DNA of 59,284 bases, counting the filler. It is 2 parts of 2 records of this genome, joined end to end, with 100 filler letters (N's around TTAATTAATTAA, not from the genome) between each part and the next. Parts side by side here need not be neighbours in the genome. Positions count along the whole stretch, not along the records: positions 31,886 to 59,284 come from SRR20825006_1297; 1 more part is not named here. One strand, 5' to 3'. The notes below the pieces were generated by a model. It saw nothing but the letters and a program-made list of their open reading frames with translations. It had not been told where the DNA came from and did no database searches. Position numbers and translations under genes: made by a program. Below are positions 56,849 to 59,284 of the stretch, piece by piece. Positions within the stretch are counted from its first letter, which is position 1; each line of letters opens with the position of its first letter.

Positions 56849-57557
56849 GGTTTCTCCAGAAACGCGCCAGTGTTTTTTCCGAGATGCCCAGTTTGTGTGC
56901 GAGCCGCAGCGAGTACATCTTGCCCGTGGTGCGCCAGGGACCATACGTCTCCCAACGCCGACCGGATATTCTGAGCCAGGGTCCGAGCACGGCGACATCA
57001 CCCCGCTCGCGCAGAGCGCGAGCGAGCATGATCCCTTCCATCAGCGGCAGGTTTGGCACCCCACCGAGCGCGAGCAACAGCTCGCGCCGCGCGAACAGCG
57101 CCTGATCTGCGGTGGCCGTGGTAAACAGCCGCGTGCGCAGGTTGATCCCCCACGAGATAAGCCGCAGGGAGTTGGTGCCCTTTCCACGCTCGGGGAGGAT
57201 GTCGATCTGAAACCAACCTCCGGCAAAACCGCGCTCGAGCGCGGCTTGTGCGGCAGCGAGCATCCTCGGGTTACAGAGCGCGTCGGCGTGCATGAGCATC
57301 ACCCACTCACCGGCGGCGAGTTTTAGCCCGGCGTTGAGCTGCGTGGGGCGGCCAGCTTCGGTCTGGATCACGCGCGCGCCAGCGCTCTCGGCGCGAGCGC
57401 GCGTGTCATCGCGACTTCCTCCATCACAGACGATAACTTCACCGCGCAGATTCGCCGCCGAAAGCGACGCGATCGCGGCGCTCACCGAGTGCCTTATCCA
57501 GCGCTCTTCTTCGAGCGCCGCGATCAGGATCGTGACCTGGATGTTCTCTTTGTTCAT
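56841..57557 (-). CDS. GT2 glycosyltransferase, TIGR04283-like
   Basis: DGGSRDDT, GR..QLNAG, HAD, DQALF, GG.P..PLME and S.RRW..YG motifs. Confidence 0.85.
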   Translation of the reverse strand: MNKENIQVTILIAALEEERWIRHSVSAAIASLSAANLRGEVIVCDGGSRDDTRARAESAGARVIQTEAGRPTQLNAGLKLAAGEWVMLMHADALCNPRMLAAAQAALERGFAGGWFQIDILPERGKGTNSLRLISWGINLRTRLFTTATADQALFARRELLLALGGVPNLPLMEGIMLARALRERGDVAVLGPWLRISGRRWETYGPWRTTGKMYSLRLAHKLGISEKTLARFWRNHA

Positions 57558-57769
57558 CGAGGGGGAGGAATAACGCCGAGGCGCGAGATGTACAACGAAA
57601 TGCAACCGGACCATCGATGAAGCAGGCAAAACCCTCGTAACTCCCGAGGGGCACTTGTTTTCAGTCGGTGGACTTGACTCGAGCTGTCAGGTTGTGGAGA
57701 GTAGGTGCGCCCAGAAGGGGTGTCAACGCACCATGCGCCCCCGTACTTTACCGAGAGGTCTCACCGATC

Positions 57770-58486
57770 GTGAGTTTTGGCAACCGACATAAGCAGAGCA
57801 TCCTGGAGCTGCTCAGGCGCGCGAGCGTCCTGGCGACATTGCTCCTGTTGTGTCTGCCCGCGGCGAATGCGCACGCGGCGATCGGTTCGCTGACCGACCT
57901 CATCCTGGGTGACTCTGGCGTCTGCTTCGAGACGAGTAACGTCGAGTCGGAGACGCACGAGGTCGGCATGTCGATCGACCCGCGCACGCTCCAGATGTCG
58001 ATCGATGCGCGCGCGCTCCAGAGCATTCAGCTCGCCGCGCAGAGCATCGACACATCCTCGGAGACACAATCCGAAGCGCAGCCATGTTCGGTCGAGGATT
58101 CGACCGAGCAGATGCCAGAAGATGGCGCCGAGCTTTGCTCCAAACTCCCGGAACAGGAAGCACAACCCGAGGTCGAACCCGCGTTCGAACCACCGGCGTT
58201 CGTGCCCGCCTCTCTGGAAGAAGACATCGTCCCACTCGAGCCAGAGAACCCACGCAGCTGCTCTCCTTCCTCTGAAGGACCAGACCGCTGCGAGCCGTTC
58301 CCTCCGCTGCCTCAGCAGCTCTCGCTCGACATCCACTCCAATGGCGCGCTCCAACTCTCGGAGCTCGCCGCCACGCATCCGCCAGAGCGCGCTCAGACGC
58401 TCAGGCTCGATCCGATTCTTCCCGTCAGCTTGCTCGGACCCGCCGATGGCTTTCCTCGCGGGCCGGACCACCCACCCCGAAGCTGA
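57770..58486 (+). CDS. Secreted acidic, Pro/Cys-containing hypothetical protein ending RGPDHPPRS
   Basis: GAGG upstream of GTG 57770; signal peptide (LATLLLLCLPAANAHA); low-complexity acidic body. Confidence 0.65.
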   Translation: MSFGNRHKQSILELLRRASVLATLLLLCLPAANAHAAIGSLTDLILGDSGVCFETSNVESETHEVGMSIDPRTLQMSIDARALQSIQLAAQSIDTSSETQSEAQPCSVEDSTEQMPEDGAELCSKLPEQEAQPEVEPAFEPPAFVPASLEEDIVPLEPENPRSCSPSSEGPDRCEPFPPLPQQLSLDIHSNGALQLSELAATHPPERAQTLRLDPILPVSLLGPADGFPRGPDHPPRS

Positions 58487-58962
58487 ATCCTTCGCCAGCG
58501 ATGGCGCTCGTACGTCCGTGCTCGGGTCACGAATCACGTGAACTCGACGCGCGAGTGTACCTCTTTACCCCTGGTGTATGTGGCACTCCACGTCATCACC
58601 AGCAGTAAAGGAGCGCGTGAAGTTGGCACTTTGTGAGGGAAATCCCAAACTCCCCTGCTCGACACGCTCCGCGTCGAACTCGGTCCCGTGTGACCTCTCG
58701 ATGACGTGAAAGGTGCGTGGGCGACACGGTTGTGTTAGGGAGACCCCTCGCTGCAAGCACGCGAAACAAAAGAGAACGAGTTATCAGCAGGTTTCTGTCA
58801 GAAGAAACCTCGCTGTCATCTTCGAGAAAAGGGGACGCCGCGCGATCTTTTGCAGGGCTCGAGAGAGCCTGTAATGACGCGCTACGGTCCCGCTTATCTG
58901 AACTTCGAACCGCAATAACAAGAAGAACGCGGCTCGAAATTACAACCAAGGAGACCATTCAC

Positions 58963-59284
58963 ATGGCCCAAAGTTCAAACAACGCAACAGTGATCGTGAC
59001 CAGCATCGTGGTCGCGCTCATTTCCTTTGGCGGCGGCTATTTTGTCGGCTCGAACAACGTCTCGACCGCCAAGGGCGACGCTCCCGCGAGCGCAGCGCCT
59101 GGCGCTGGTCAGACGCCGACCTTCGGCGGCGCAGAAGGCGCAGCAAACGCTGGCGATGCTTTCAAAGGCACGCCTTCGACGCTCACGGACTCGCCACAAA
59201 TCCCCGTGGGCAACTCGCCCGTGCTCGGGAACCCGAACGCGCCCGTGACGATCATCGAGTTCTCCGACTTCCAATGCCCCTTCT
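58963..59284 (+). CDS. DsbA/thioredoxin-family membrane-anchored protein, 3' truncated (missing from the ORF track)
   Basis: Manual translation MAQSSNNATVIVTSIVVALISFGGGYFVG...SPVLGNPNAPVTIIEFSDFQCPF; AAGGAG RBS. Confidence 0.9.
   Translation, partial: MAQSSNNATVIVTSIVVALISFGGGYFVGSNNVSTAKGDAPASAAPGAGQTPTFGGAEGAANAGDAFKGTPSTLTDSPQIPVGNSPVLGNPNAPVTIIEFSDFQCPF

Noticed and set aside
56841-57557. Arsenosugar biosynthesis cluster
   Set aside because: No arsM, radical SAM arsS or TIGR04282 partner in the window.
58617-58709. 30-aa three-Cys ORF (VKLALCEGNPKLPCSTRSASNSVPCDLSMT) after AAGGAG
   Set aside because: SD spacing is poor and there is no other support; may be chance.
1-59284. CRISPR arrays, tRNA/rRNA genes, transposases, integrases, prophage genes
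   Set aside because: No spaced direct repeats, cloverleaf or rRNA signatures, or mobile-element protein motifs were recognised by eye; tool scans were not run.

Overview
The window holds two unrelated sequences joined by an artificial 100-nt linker at 31786-31885 (44 N + TTAATTAATTAA + 44 N). Segment A (1-31785) is a core alphaproteobacterial chromosomal region. Its gene order is gap-pgk-fbaA-thiE, efp-suhB, a MotA/MotB-like pair, rpmE, ibpA with an RpoH promoter and a ROSE-type RNA thermometer, DUF1013/TrcR, ubiX, purEK, transaldolase, priA and atpHA. It also carries small accessory insertions: DoxX, GFA, GST, a desaturase/ArsR pair, a methyltransferase, a P-loop protein and a GT61. Segment B (31886-59284) is visibly more GC-rich and CTCGAG-rich, and looks like a Myxococcota/Bradymonadales-type genome; the taxonomy of both segments is inferred, not searched. 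It contains an RbfA-like paralogue, a pyrimidine-nucleoside phosphorylase, TetR, an EEP lipoprotein and a Cu+ P1B ATPase. It also has a ~16 kb surface-glycan locus (rmlBAC, GT4, PglK-like ABC flippase, O-ligase/TPR, Wzx, methyltransferase, Wzc, wbpB/D/E-like trio, GT2) and the start of a DsbA-family gene. The most interesting candidates are (1) an unannotated 26-aa leader peptide with perfect hairpins and SD-sequestering stems in front of the RbfA-like gene, (2) a secreted Cys-containing protein ending RGPDHPPRS, possibly an arrest peptide, upstream of dsbA, and (3) the ZorAB-like MotA/MotB pair in a housekeeping context. No rRNA, tRNA, CRISPR array or transposase was recognised.
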